Below are positions 1 to 11,316 of a stretch of DNA of 64,000 nt, piece after piece. The translations under genes and the position numbers were made by a program. The notes beneath the pieces are model-generated. The model worked only from the letters and a program-made list of their open reading frames with translations. It made no database searches and was not told where the DNA came from. The stretch comes from Hormiphora californensis (lineage: Eukaryota; Animalia; Ctenophora): contig CM035359.1 of assembly GCA_020137815.1 (NCBI GenBank), positions 2,418,001 to 2,482,000 of the forward strand, written 5' to 3'. Positions within the stretch are counted from its first letter, which is position 1. Each line of letters begins with the position of its first letter.

Positions 1-464
1 AGTTAAAGTCGTATTATCAACCGATAACACCAATATTTTAGCATTTGTTAATTTTGTTAATTAACGTTAATTAACAAAATCGGAAAAAAGAGGTGATTTA
101 TTAACAATTAACATGTCCCCCCCCCCCCCGACAGGATTGTTAAAACAGTATCGAGCAAAGCAACTGTGTTAGAGGTTCCGGGTTTTTTTTGATTTACAAA
201 AACAGACAATTAATTGGGGAAGGGTTTGAAGGAGTTATCTATACGTTTAAATTGTTTCTATACAAAACTATACCACTTGTTTTCGTTTGGCAACACCCGG
301 TCAAAGGCAATACTGGCTTTATTTGAGATTCATTCGGTAATTCCTGTCAGCGCCTGTATATATGGCGGCGTCACACCCCGATTTGATTCTCGATAGTGCG
401 CTCAGATCTGTCACAGTATTGGCTAGACCTGTCAGGCCAATGCTCTGACCACAGTTCTTGCGCT

Positions 465-613
465 GAGAGAAATGAGAATAGGGTCAGGCCAATGCTCTCC
501 TTGAGAGAAATGAGAATAGGGTCAGGCCAATGCTCTCCTTGAGAGAAATGAGAATAGGGTCAGGCCAATGCTCTCCTTGAGAGAAATGAGAATAGGGTCA
601 GGCCAATGCTCTG
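465..613. repeat. 38-bp tandem repeat (~4 copies) within a dispersed repeat family
   Basis: Unit GAGAGAAATGAGAATAGGGTCAGGCCAATGCTCTCCTT starts at 465, 503, 541 and 579. Related sequence recurs at ~60628-60690 and ~63425-63460. Confidence 0.9.
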
Positions 614-1498
614 ACGGAATTCTCATTGCTCTGTTCAATTCCGAAGCGAGAATGGGTCAACGCGATGCGTGTCAGACCGATGCTCTGACCACAGTTCTCG
701 TATGAGAACAGGGTAATGGCGTCAGACCGATGCTCTGACGCTGCCGGGGTCTCACTGAGCAGTCACCCCTTAATCTGTCTGGCGCCGCGACCCATCTGAG
801 CACACTGTTTGAGAATCAAATTGGGTTATGGGCGCCGCCATACAGTACCCAACAAACTGGTCCATTCAAGTTGATAGTATCAATGATATTGATACTGACT
901 AGCTGCGCCAGACCCCGATTTGTTTAGTAACAGTGCGCTGAGAGTCAGAATCAGATTTGTCTCTGATTTGTCTCCTATAAGTATATATATATATAAGACT
1001 CGACCGTTCTCTTCGCACCGGGGTACGCGATGTACAAAATCAGATGGGGTCCGCGGTGCCAAACAGGTTTATAGTATGAATCATACTATGATCCTGTCTG
1101 GCGGTGCTGACCGTGCAGGGCTATACACTGTGGCGCCAGACTGTACAGTGTACAGTCTGGCGCCGCGACCCCATCTGAATCAAATGGGGTATGGCGCCGC
1201 CATACAGCTGTACTCTATCTGACGGCGTCAACCCGATCTGAACGGCGAACGCGCCAGACCCCTACTTGATTCTCAACACGGCGATTTGGTAGTGCTCACT
1301 AAACTCAGGCATTGTCAGCATTCAATATCATACGCCGCGTCCAATGAAAGTTTCATCCGTTTTCATTTTGATAATATCAATGATATCTTCAGTGTGCTTA
1401 GATTTGGCCGTCGCCAAACCCCACCACCAGTTACAAAATTGAATCCTGGTATGGAACCTGTGATGGAAATGACAGCCGCGACGATCTGAGGGTCAGCA

Positions 1499-1562
1499 GT
1501 CAGCACACACCAAAGTTAAAATTAAAATTAAAATTTTAATTTTAACTTTGGTGTGTGCTGAC
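1499..1562. repeat. Perfect palindrome (31-bp arms, 2-nt spacer)
   Basis: GTCAGCACACACCAAAGTTAAAATTAAAATT-AA-AATTTTAATTTTAACTTTGGTGTGTGCTGAC. Confidence 0.9.
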
Positions 1563-3485
1563 CCTGATTCTGGATTATAATTTAAGTGTGCAGGATCAGA
1601 GCATCTGTCTGGCGGACACGGTTTTGATTCTCAAGGTGAACGTCAACGACGTCGACAGTACGTTCAAATCGGATCGGGTCAGTGTAGACAGGTTTGGTTG
1701 AAGTTCAATACATCAATATTATAATACTTGACTGTGTGTGGTTTACAAATTGAAAGGCGATGTTTTTTGTTATAGTAAACAGGTGATTATACCATCTGAA
1801 TTATATATAATTATATTCAATATATACCAACGCGCTTTCTCACTCACTTTCTCTCTGTATGGTATATATCCCAGGTCTCCGTTGTCCGGCCATCATATCA
1901 TGGCACACACATCCCTCACTGGTTCTCTAAACCCGAATATAGGCATTCAAAAAGAGAAATATCCCGTTGTGAAAGAGCGATGGAAAATGGATAGTATATT
2001 GCTAATGTAATATCTCTCTTTCTCTATCTCACCATAACCTAACAATTCTCGTGAGTGAGATAGGTTGCTAAGATGTCAGCCAGTGACTCTTGCTCGTAAA
2101 AATTTAACACACACACACACACGTGAATATATGGTTAAATGTGTGAAAGAGACTTCTCGTTCTCGGTATAAAATTCTCTTCATCTCTCACTCATATCAAC
2201 TGTATCACGTTGCCGCTAATTATATTTGTATCTCTCACTTTTTGTAATGTAAAAATAATATCAATATGTGTCGTATAAGTTACTATATGTGAGAAAACCC
2301 GGCAATATGATCGAATGGTTGTGGGTTTCTCGGGAAAAAACAATAATAATTATAGGGAACTAGGGAGATTGTGTAGAGATCGAACATAGTGTTTGTGTCT
2401 TTTTCACGATATTGTTCTGGTCCTTTTGAGAGTCTTAAACTCTCTCGCTAACCCACACTGTAGCAAACATAAATTGTCTTTGGTGTGACAGCTGGTGCCT
2501 CTAAATCTGCCAAACACGCACACGCACAAACACACGGGTACACATTATATTTATATAATAATATATGGGTATCAAAAAATCTCTCGACCGTTAAAAACTG
2601 CTTGTATATTGTCCGTATTGTATATATTCCCCTAATCTATCTGCCGACTCCAGTCCTCCCCGAACCACAATAAAGCAGCAAAACAACCAACATGGCAACA
2701 AGGTGCAGGCGCGTAATAACTCAGCTACAAAAAGAACACGTGACCAAGTACTAGGTGCGTGAGCCCCCACGCGTGAGCCCTCACGCACACAAACACAAGT
2801 TCTGCAACCCAATTAACACAACAGAAAAGAATCCAAAATTTCTTTCACTCCCTCTCTCTAACTAATTATAGGGTGTATATAATCGAGATACTAAAAATAA
2901 TCAAAACACTTCCCCCACTTACTCCCTCGGGCTATTATTATTATTGTTGGGTATATAATGTTTAAAATGGGTCATGTAAGCGATTAAAAATATTTGTATA
3001 GCACAAAAAAAGGAGGAAAAGGAAAAGTTGGTTACTTTCCTTCCCTCCATTTTGAGCTAGTCGCTGCTGCAGTCGGGGATATAACGCAGGTGTAACTTGA
3101 AATCCAAGAGATAAGAACACACGCGTGAGCCATCACGCGTTAGCCATGTGATCTACCTCATGGATTATTCCAAGTTAACTGCGAAACAGACCACAACTGT
3201 TGTGTCACGTTTTATAATATTCCCCAGATTTTTGAAAAATAAGAAAAAAAAATCACGCACACACTACAAAGACACGCTAATAACCACACATGTAACACAC
3301 ATACTAACAATGTACTTGTATAGTATATGTGTGTGTACAATGTACTTGTTAGAAAGGATTTATAATCCAATCATTTGATCTCTGTGAATGTCTATTCAAA
3401 AACTACCCCACGTTCCCACACACACACACACCCTCATTATATATATGTATCGTCTCCCTTATATATATATCATGTCTCTCCTTCT

Positions 3486-5845
3486 TTACACGTTACCCTT
3501 TCCGTTACCCTTCATTCGATCAGCGATGAGTTTGGAGGAAAGGTTGGACATGATCGATTCGAATATCCGGGGGGAGACGTTGGAGGCGACGATCTGAAGC
3601 ATGTGCCGACCGCTCGTCCCGATGTTGAAGAACATGTGCTTGAAATCTGAGGGAGATGGCGGGGGTTAGGAAGGGGAGATTGGGAGAGCTGTAAGAGTCA
3701 GTCATGTACTTCTTCTTCTACGAGGACGCTGGCTAGTGCGAAGCACTAGCCAGTAAGGGGTGGGTACCATGAGGCTCCCGTTCCCCGTCCTGGGTGATGT
3801 GGCTGGTCAGTCATGTCAGTACATTCGGGGGATGGGAAGCTATAGGGTCGAGTTCGGCGAAGGGAGAGTGGAGACTCAGTCACAGTGCGTCACAGTTATA
3901 GGCTTCACAATCAACATAACGATTATCTAATAGTCCTTGTCCTTCCCAACCCCCCTCCTCCCAGATGCTTCATATATCACTAAATACAGCAGCATATAAT
4001 AACCCTCACTATAGTCCCGTCCCCTGAGGTCCCTCTGGAAGGTCCCTCAACAGACGGTTTCTATTAGTCTGCCGTGAGTCCAGCATTTCAACAGTCTGGT
4101 CGATTATTTTTTGGAACGATCGTCTATTAGAGTGTTCCGCAATTAAATGTAGTGTAAATCGACCCGTTGTCCCGCAGTTCTTGTATAGTTTCCAAAGGGC
4201 TGTGTTTTGTCGTTTAGTAATCGTGTCATTGTTACAGTTAGTTAGTTAATTAACGGCCAATTAACGGCCAATTAACGGCTAATTAAGGACTTACGGAGCT
4301 GATCCTTCAGGAAAGCAGATGCGAGAAGCCTCTTGTACGATCCCAGAACGAAGATGAGTTTGGTGAGTGCAAAGAGCACGCTCAGACAGTTACAGGCAAT
4401 AGTGAAGATAATGGCGAACCTGCACGTGTGAAAGTGGAAGTTAGAAATTCAGAATAGAAACAATCCTTTGAAGTTTAAAGAACAGGATAGAAACAATCCT
4501 TTGAAGTTTCAGTTAAGAATAAGATAGAAACAACACCTACCATAGGATAAGGAAGAGGTACTGGTTGATGACATTGGGGGCAAGGACGCACATTCCTTGT
4601 TCCTCTTCGATACCAGAAGGTCCCCACCTCTTGATCTCGCAAGCAACCATCTGGAGGGGATGTTGGTTAGAGTTCAGACTCTCTCTTATCGGTTAGATTT
4701 CAGACATAACTTTCGGTTTGTTAACACAACGAAATAATACAGCTGTATTTAGGACGCAACACACGTTTCATGGAATCCCTGACGGGAAACCACAAGATTC
4801 TTTCAATTTTGGAAATTTGCATACCTTGGGGAAGAGTTTATCCTTGACCAGTGTGGTTTCGTTGTCTCCTACGGGTAGTTTCGTGGCCCACTCAGAACCA
4901 TACGATACGAAGGATCCGATAGCGAACATCTCGTCGGTTAGGTAGAGAGTCATGATACTGAAATATAGAGAGGTTAGGTATCTCAAAATGATATCATTTC
5001 CATTTCCTAACAACTTGTGCAGACACTTCTTTTATTAAAAAAGGTGAAGAAAATTCAATTATATGAGCTAATTATTTAACTAATTAATTAATTTACCTGA
5101 TGATAAGATAAAGGACCTTGACAAGCATAACGATGAAAAACAGCCTGTGTTTCTCGGTCAGGAAAGCAAACATAGTGTTCTCATTCATGTATACGTTGAG
5201 TTTGTAGTACAACCAAACAGAGGCTTTCTCCGCCATACCGATCTGATCACCTGAACACGGGAAGAGGGATGGTTATGAAAAGGAGAAAAGGAGGATTATA
5301 CGTATGAAAAGGAGGTAAAAGTTGGGATTTATGAGGATTCGTTGTCTAGGATTATACGTTACGGGCATAGGCAAATTTATCGAATTCTTCGAATTACGGT
5401 TGGTGTTATTTTAAGTTTGCGTTATATAATATTAATATGTTGAATATGTTTTATGGGGATTATCATGAATTGCGCAAGATCCCTTTTCCTCTTCTTTTAT
5501 TTCTCTCTCTCTCACTCTTTCTTTTTCTCTTTCTCTCTCTCGTTCTCCCTCAGAAAGGCGATGATCGTAAACTCAATAACATCATCGAAAAGAATAGTGT
5601 CCATGACAACATAACGTGGTTCCCATGCTGCATCAATTCACTATCTCTCCCCCCCCCCTCTCTCTCTCTCTCTCCTCTCCCGGGGGACCCTATCTAACCT
5701 CATCTAACATTAGTTATGATCTGCCAATGACGCTTTATGTGATAATAATATGTGATGACACTATAATACGTGGAAAGTTTTAGGGAAGCATAGCCCACGG
5801 GTGTTGTGCAAGGTTGCAGAATGTCATCACTCGATCTCCTAACAC

Positions 5846-5877
<32 letters not shown>

Positions 5878-7481
5878 CTCTCTCTCTTTCTCTCTGCCTA
5901 TCTTTACAACCTTATTAAAATGCCCTTATCTCTCCCCCCATCTTGTGCAAAATATGTAAGGTCACCTTAGCAACATGTGACGCTCAACCAGCGAAGCATA
6001 TTATAAATGGGTTGTCTAGGTCTATCACAATAAGGAGAGGGTAGAGGTCTAGGTCGGGACACAACCGCGAATATATTTCAATCTAGCAATGTTTTAGGTG
6101 TATGTGTATGTCGTCTGGTAGACAGTGTTATGAGCTACGAAGACCTACGAAGTCGCTGGAAGTGTAACTTTGCAGCGAATTAAACAAAGTCAACAAATTT
6201 GCAGAAAGCTGCAAGATTTTGCAAATTATTATTAGTTACTGAGACACTTCATAGGTGATAAATCAGCTGCTGGAGACTTCTTTCTTACCTTCGTCCCCCT
6301 TTGGGGTTTTAAGGGAAACCTGTGGATGAGGGGCTTGAGGTCCCCAAACCCCCGAAATTTTTTTGTAAAGATGGGGAAAACGAAGGGGGGGGCGACTACC
6401 CAAAAATAAAGGGGAAACCCCCCACTGGTACCTGGGGTGGTACACTTTTAGGGGGGAGGTGGGTTTGGTTTAGGAAGGGGATTAGGGGCCCCCCGGGGAC
6501 CATGGGGGTAACTCTAAAGGGGGGGAGGTGGATGGTTAGGAAGGGATGGGGGAAAACCCACTGGAAAACCATAGGTGGTCCTGAAGGGGGAGGTGGGAGG
6601 GTTTAAAAGAGCTGTTGATTTTAAAGATTAAATAGAAAAAGGGGGGGGGAAACATCATGTTTAAACCTTGTTAGACCTTTGCCCTTTTACCACAAAAAAT
6701 TTAAAGGCCCCCCCCAAACAATTTTTGGGGGGCACAAAAAACCCCCCCCTTTCTGATGGCGGGGGGTTTTGGTGGAGCGGGGGGGTTTTGGTTTTGGGGG
6801 GGTTTGGGAACGTGAACCAGGGGGTTGAAAAGGGGTTTAAAGCATAGGGGAAGGGTTGGGGGGGGTTTTTTTTCCCCTTTTGGCATTGGGGGTGTTGCCC
6901 TTTAAAAGGGGCTTTTGGGGTATTGCCCCTATAGGGGTTTTTGTGGTAAAATGTCCCGGGGAAGTTAGATAAAATAGACGTAAAAATAATCATTGATTTG
7001 TTTCGCCCCCGTGTTGCCCCGTGGGGGGGTTTAAAAATCTGTGGGCCCTGCACTGTCTGACTGTCTGTGTGTTTGTCTGTCAGCGGTCCGTCTTCACCCC
7101 TCCCCCCACAACCACTGAGAAGGAGGGGATTTTAATGGAGAAAACCTGAAAACCAAACCCCCCAAAAACTAAAAAAGATGTTTTGGGGGAATGGTCTAAA
7201 ATTTGGCCCTGTCTTGGGTATTTTTTACTGGTCTAAAACTTTGAAAAAGGGCCCCCCTTCTCTAAAACTTTTTTTTTTACATTTTTTCTCAAACCCTCCC
7301 CCCCCTTTAGTGAGTCGGGTGATCCAATTCTTAATTCCTATTGGTCAAAGCAGTCACGTGACCATTTTTCTGCATTGTGATTGGATAACGGATAATATTA
7401 CATATAATGCTGCTCCAGGTGTGGGGGTTCCCGCCCCTTCTTTAAATGTAGGGAGAGATGCTACCCCCTGTTATGCAATTT

Positions 7482-7512
<31 letters not shown>

Positions 7513-7751
7513 AAAGAGAGAGAGGGTAAAAGCAGAGAGCAAGATGAGATAGAGCCCCGTTAAGAGATAGAGATAAGATTTCTGTTTCTTCATGAGAAGA
7601 TAAAGATAGATGAAAGAGACGCAGGAAAATGAATTAGCGGTCATCTGGGGCCACACTCAGCTCTCAGTAACATAAGATGTGTGTCCCTTATTCGGGGAGG
7701 TAGCCGTTTCGAAAAATAGATACAACTAACAAAGTGAGAACAAAAACGAGT

Positions 7752-7818
<67 letters not shown>

Positions 7819-10067
7819 TGTGGTTTCAGTACCTGGTAGGTGGTTTAACTAATTCAGGATCAGGACAGGCGATCCTTCCTCCGTTGATGAGTTCCCGTTC
7901 CATACATGGTGGTACCTCCTCAGGGATAATACCTGTTGGGATGGTTACCATGGTTACCGTGGTTACACAATGTAACCATGGTTACATACTGTGTGTGACC
8001 ATGGTTACTGAATCTTCTCAGCTCTCGGGCGACGCAATAAATCAGCAGAAGTTGACACGAGAGTACATGCTACAGCGAAGATAACAGCGGATCAGTTACC
8101 CTATCTCTCTAGTGTGGGAGAGTTACCATGCGGTTACCATGGTAACTGAATCATGACAATTGGTTTGGACCATGCTCTGTAGGTTAAAAAGGAGGCTTTT
8201 TTAATTACTCATTCATTTATCGACATTATATTTCCATGCGGTTCACATTTCCCGTGCTTTTTAATCATTCCAGTGATCATACCGATATAAATATATTTTG
8301 GTTACCTCAATATATCATGTAACCGATATACGTTTTGGTAACCCCAATATATAACATCACTACTTGGTTGCCATGGTTACCTGGATACGGGACGTGTTTC
8401 TCGAGCAGGTCATATGCCTCCAGAATGGTGTACAGACCCTGCGTCCAGCAGTAATCCTCCGAGAAGGACCCCGAGTATTTGTTAAACCCATCGCACGAAA
8501 TAATTCCTGTGTTAGAAAGGAAAAAGAGTAGCGCCACAGTAGCAAGAAAACAATAAAGCGGATGGGAGGGGGGTTTGGGGGATTGAGGGTATGTGCAATG
8601 TGAATTGTATATAGCGAGAGAGAGAGAGAGAGATGGAGAGTGTAGCAGACTAGTTAGCCGGTATAGCGTTGTAGTATCCATAGCAACGAGCCCTCCGCAA
8701 CCAACCCGGGTATGGTAAATCCTCAACTCGGAAGTCATACGCTTCGTAAACAGTGTACAAGCCAAGGGTCCAACAGTAGTCATTGGCAAAAATGTCATCA
8801 AAAACTCTAAACCCAATGCAGGATATGATGCCTGATCGGTGCATCGAAAGGGGAGTTGATCATGGTGTTTAGGGTGTTGTGGCCTAAACACTATAATATA
8901 GGGTGTTGTGGCCTAAACACCTTAATATAGGGTGTTGTGGATTTGAAATAAAGAGGAGTTGGTGGTGTTGGGGTATGTTTATGATGATGTGTTGCCAAGG
9001 TGGTTAAATGCAGCAGAAACAACGACAAGATAACACCTTTACAGCAAGATGAAGAGAACACATGTAAACTGCAGCACGATCTCCCTCTCTCTATCTCTGA
9101 ACAAGGAACCGACCGAAACAAGTAAACAACCAATCAGAACTCGTTATTTAGGTCACGTGACTGGTTATCAGCCAATAAGGGACCAGTATTTCCTGATTCG
9201 GTCGGTTCCTGCTCTGAACTTTCTTCCTCTCACACAAACCCGGATAAGGGATGTTATAGGAGACAAGATCGTATGCTTCAGAAACGGTGTAAAGACCCAG
9301 TGTCCAGCAGTAGTCCTCAGAGAACGTCGGGTTGAACTTGTCAAAGCCGTTACACACAATGATGGCTGTGTGTGGTGGTTGCTATGGTTACACTGCTAAC
9401 TCCATGGTTACCATGGTTACACCACGAACGGTTACCATGGTTACACCACGAACGGTTACCATGGTTACACCAAGGTTATATAATATGACAGTTTTTGGTA
9501 ATAGTAAGCTCAATACGTGTGAATTAGTGGAAGAAGGGAGGGGGAGGTTCTTGGGGGAAGTTAGTTTGAAACAAACAAGTCTTTCGAAAACATCGTGGTT
9601 TTTGTTTGATAAAAGATGCACATACCTCCGGCGTATTGTCGTACCGTTACGACCGTTCCCATGACGACACAGAGAACGAACATAAAACTCCTGTTTATTT
9701 GGTCCCATCCATCATCAAGTGTAATACCCTGGAGGGAGGAGATGGGTTAACGAGGGATGGGTTAACGAAAGGTGGGTTAACGAGGGGTGGATTAACGAGG
9801 GATGGGTCTAGGGCCAGGAGCTAGGTTCGCAAAATGGTAGCGAGAGAGAAGGGGCTAGTCTAACTCAGATTACGCAGGCTCTGGAAGAGGCGGGGGTTGA
9901 GTGACATCATGACAAAATAGTTAGTATCCTGTTATAATGATGATGACCTCATGTTATATGCTGACGTCATCACCTAGATAGTGACGTCATCACCTAGATA
10001 GTGACGTCATACGATGTACCTTGAACGGGGTTATTCCCTTGAATCCTGAGAGAATGTCCAAAACCAT
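3486..10067 (-). CDS. INXB: Innexin (gap junction protein), ctenophore INXB-like, with three alternative copies of exon 3
   Basis: Exons (GT-AG, phases consistent): 10067-10020 MVLDILSGFKGITPFK; 9728-9626 GITLDDGWDQINRSFMFVLCVVMGTVVTVRQYAG; one of 9365-9240 / 8831-8706 / 8506-8381; 7932-7833 GIIPEEVPPCMERELINGGRIACPDPELVKPPTR; ~6449-6289 (corrupted YQW/TM2 exon); 5250-5097; 4957-4825 ...KDKLFPK; 4650-4541 MVACEIKRWGPSGIEEEQGMCVLAPNVINQYLFLILW; 4419-4295; 3646-3486 ending ...KGNGKGNV-TAA. Innexin hallmarks are YCW, YQW, FPK and CVL..N..N...FLILWF. The symbol comes from recalled similarity to ctenophore innexins, not from a search. Confidence 0.93.
3697..3816 (-). mobile_element. 5'-truncated LINE 3' end with 11-bp target-site duplication, in the last innexin intron
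   Basis: GTCAGTCATGT at 3697-3707 and 3806-3816 flanks ~98 bp that match the LINE end at ~53069-53170, including the (GAA)n tail on the minus strand. Confidence 0.8.
8381..8506 (-). CDS. Innexin alternative exon 3c (extracellular loop 1, probable default variant)
   Basis: tttttcctttctaacacag|GAATT...TATCCAG|gtaacc; 126 nt, phase 1-1; GIISCDGFNKYSGSFSEDYCWTQGLYTILEAYDLLEKHVPYP(G). Confidence 0.92.
8706..8831 (-). CDS. Innexin alternative exon 3b (extracellular loop 1 variant)
   Basis: cgatcag|GCATC...TACCCGG|gttggt; 126 nt, phase 1-1; GIISCIGFRVFDDIFANDYCWTLGLYTVYEAYDFRVEDLPYP(G). Confidence 0.85.
9104..9210. mobile_element. Short MITE-like element with 14-bp terminal inverted repeats
   Basis: AGGAACCGACCGAA (9104-9117) and TTCGGTCGGTTCCT (9197-9210). 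It lies in the intron between exons 3a and 3b. Confidence 0.8.
9240..9365 (-). CDS. Innexin alternative exon 3a (extracellular loop 1 variant)
   Basis: cacacag|CCATC...TATCCGG|gtttgt; 126 nt, phase 1-1; AIIVCNGFDKFNPTFSEDYCWTLGLYTVSEAYDLVSYNIPYP(G). Confidence 0.85.
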
Positions 10068-10136
10068 TGCACTTCTTGGGCGACCTGGCCTGGACCTTTG
10101 CTATCTGACTATAACAGAAAGAAATAGTTGAGTTTG

Positions 10137-10150
10137 GTTACCATAGAAAC
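10137..10150. promoter_or_regulatory. Candidate RFX X-box upstream of the first innexin
   Basis: GTTACCATAGAAAC fits the X-box consensus GTYNCYATRGNAAC and lies 70 bp upstream of the ATG at 10067. Confidence 0.4.
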
Positions 10151-10523
10151 CAACCCGGAGAGTTTTGAAATTAACAATACGATATTTTTGGCAAGGTGCC
10201 CATAAGAGCTGTAATACAAGACCGTAAGACCAGCGCTATACAAGCAAATGGCATGATTGAAGCAATATGTATAATAAGTATACTGCAATATATATATGCA
10301 CAAAGTAGGGGTAGTATGGATAGTGAGATAGAGAGAGGGAGATAGAGATAGAGAGAGGGAGAGGGAGAGAGGGAGAGAGAGAGAGAGAGAGAGAGAACAG
10401 TATATTCATCCAAGATGATTTTTGGATGGTATCTACGGCTTGTAACAAGCAGAACTGCGATGGTTAGAACACTAAGATTTCGAGAGAACTAGGGTCTTAG
10501 ACCCTAGTTCCTAAGGGTCTATC

Positions 10524-10583
10524 TTGGTTACGAAATAACCCCTCCTTCGCGTGCTGGCAAGGGAGGGGTTACTTCGTTACCAA
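10524..10583. mobile_element. Small inverted-repeat element (second copy, reverse orientation, ~43136-43192)
   Basis: TTGGTTACGAAATAACCCC...GGGGTTACTTCGTTACCAAG imperfect hairpin. A homologous sequence occurs at 43136-43192. Confidence 0.6.
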
Positions 10584-11253
10584 GTTCTATCCTATAGATG
10601 TTAAAGTATAAAGATACATTAATTAATATCACGAAGTAGACAAATTACACGTAACAGCTAGTCTACACAGACAGTTAAATATATACAACATGTAGACACA
10701 CTATAACAGCCCGTAACAACCCCTACTAAACACACACACAGCGAGGACTAAAAATATAATGCAAAAACAATGCAACACCGGACAGGCGTGGACAGGTAGA
10801 AGAAAACAATGGTAGACAGACAAAGAGACAGACAGACATAGAACAAGGTAATTTATTAAACAGTTACTAGACCAGATCGTAACTCAAATGAATTGACCCA
10901 TTCCACCATCGATTCTGTATTCAACCTTCATAACTGTAAACTATTATACACGTCAACATTCTTTCTGCTTTGTAAGTTTGTTTGACACCACGAGGGATGT
11001 TCCTTGAATTTATATTACTACTTTTCTTTGGCGTCAAATATTACATTCTCTATCCCTCCCCCTCTCTCCCTTTCTCTCTCTCCCTTTCTCTCTCCCAAGT
11101 TGTAGTGAGAATTGCTTCCACTTAAACCTCTGTCCGCACCTACTAGAGCTCATACTCACTACTCAGCTACCTACAAAGCCCAACATACTACACCGTGCGC
11201 ATGACCTTTTATAACACAAACAGTGTCTATCTTTTAGGTCTCTCTCTTCTATA

Positions 11254-11316
<63 letters not shown>

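Noticed and set aside
8381-9365. Alternative reading: remnants of extra innexin genes or pseudo-exons
   Set aside because: Only this one exon is repeated, and all copies keep exact length, phase, splice dinucleotides and both cysteines despite heavy nucleotide divergence. This argues for selection rather than decay, though it is not proof of expression.
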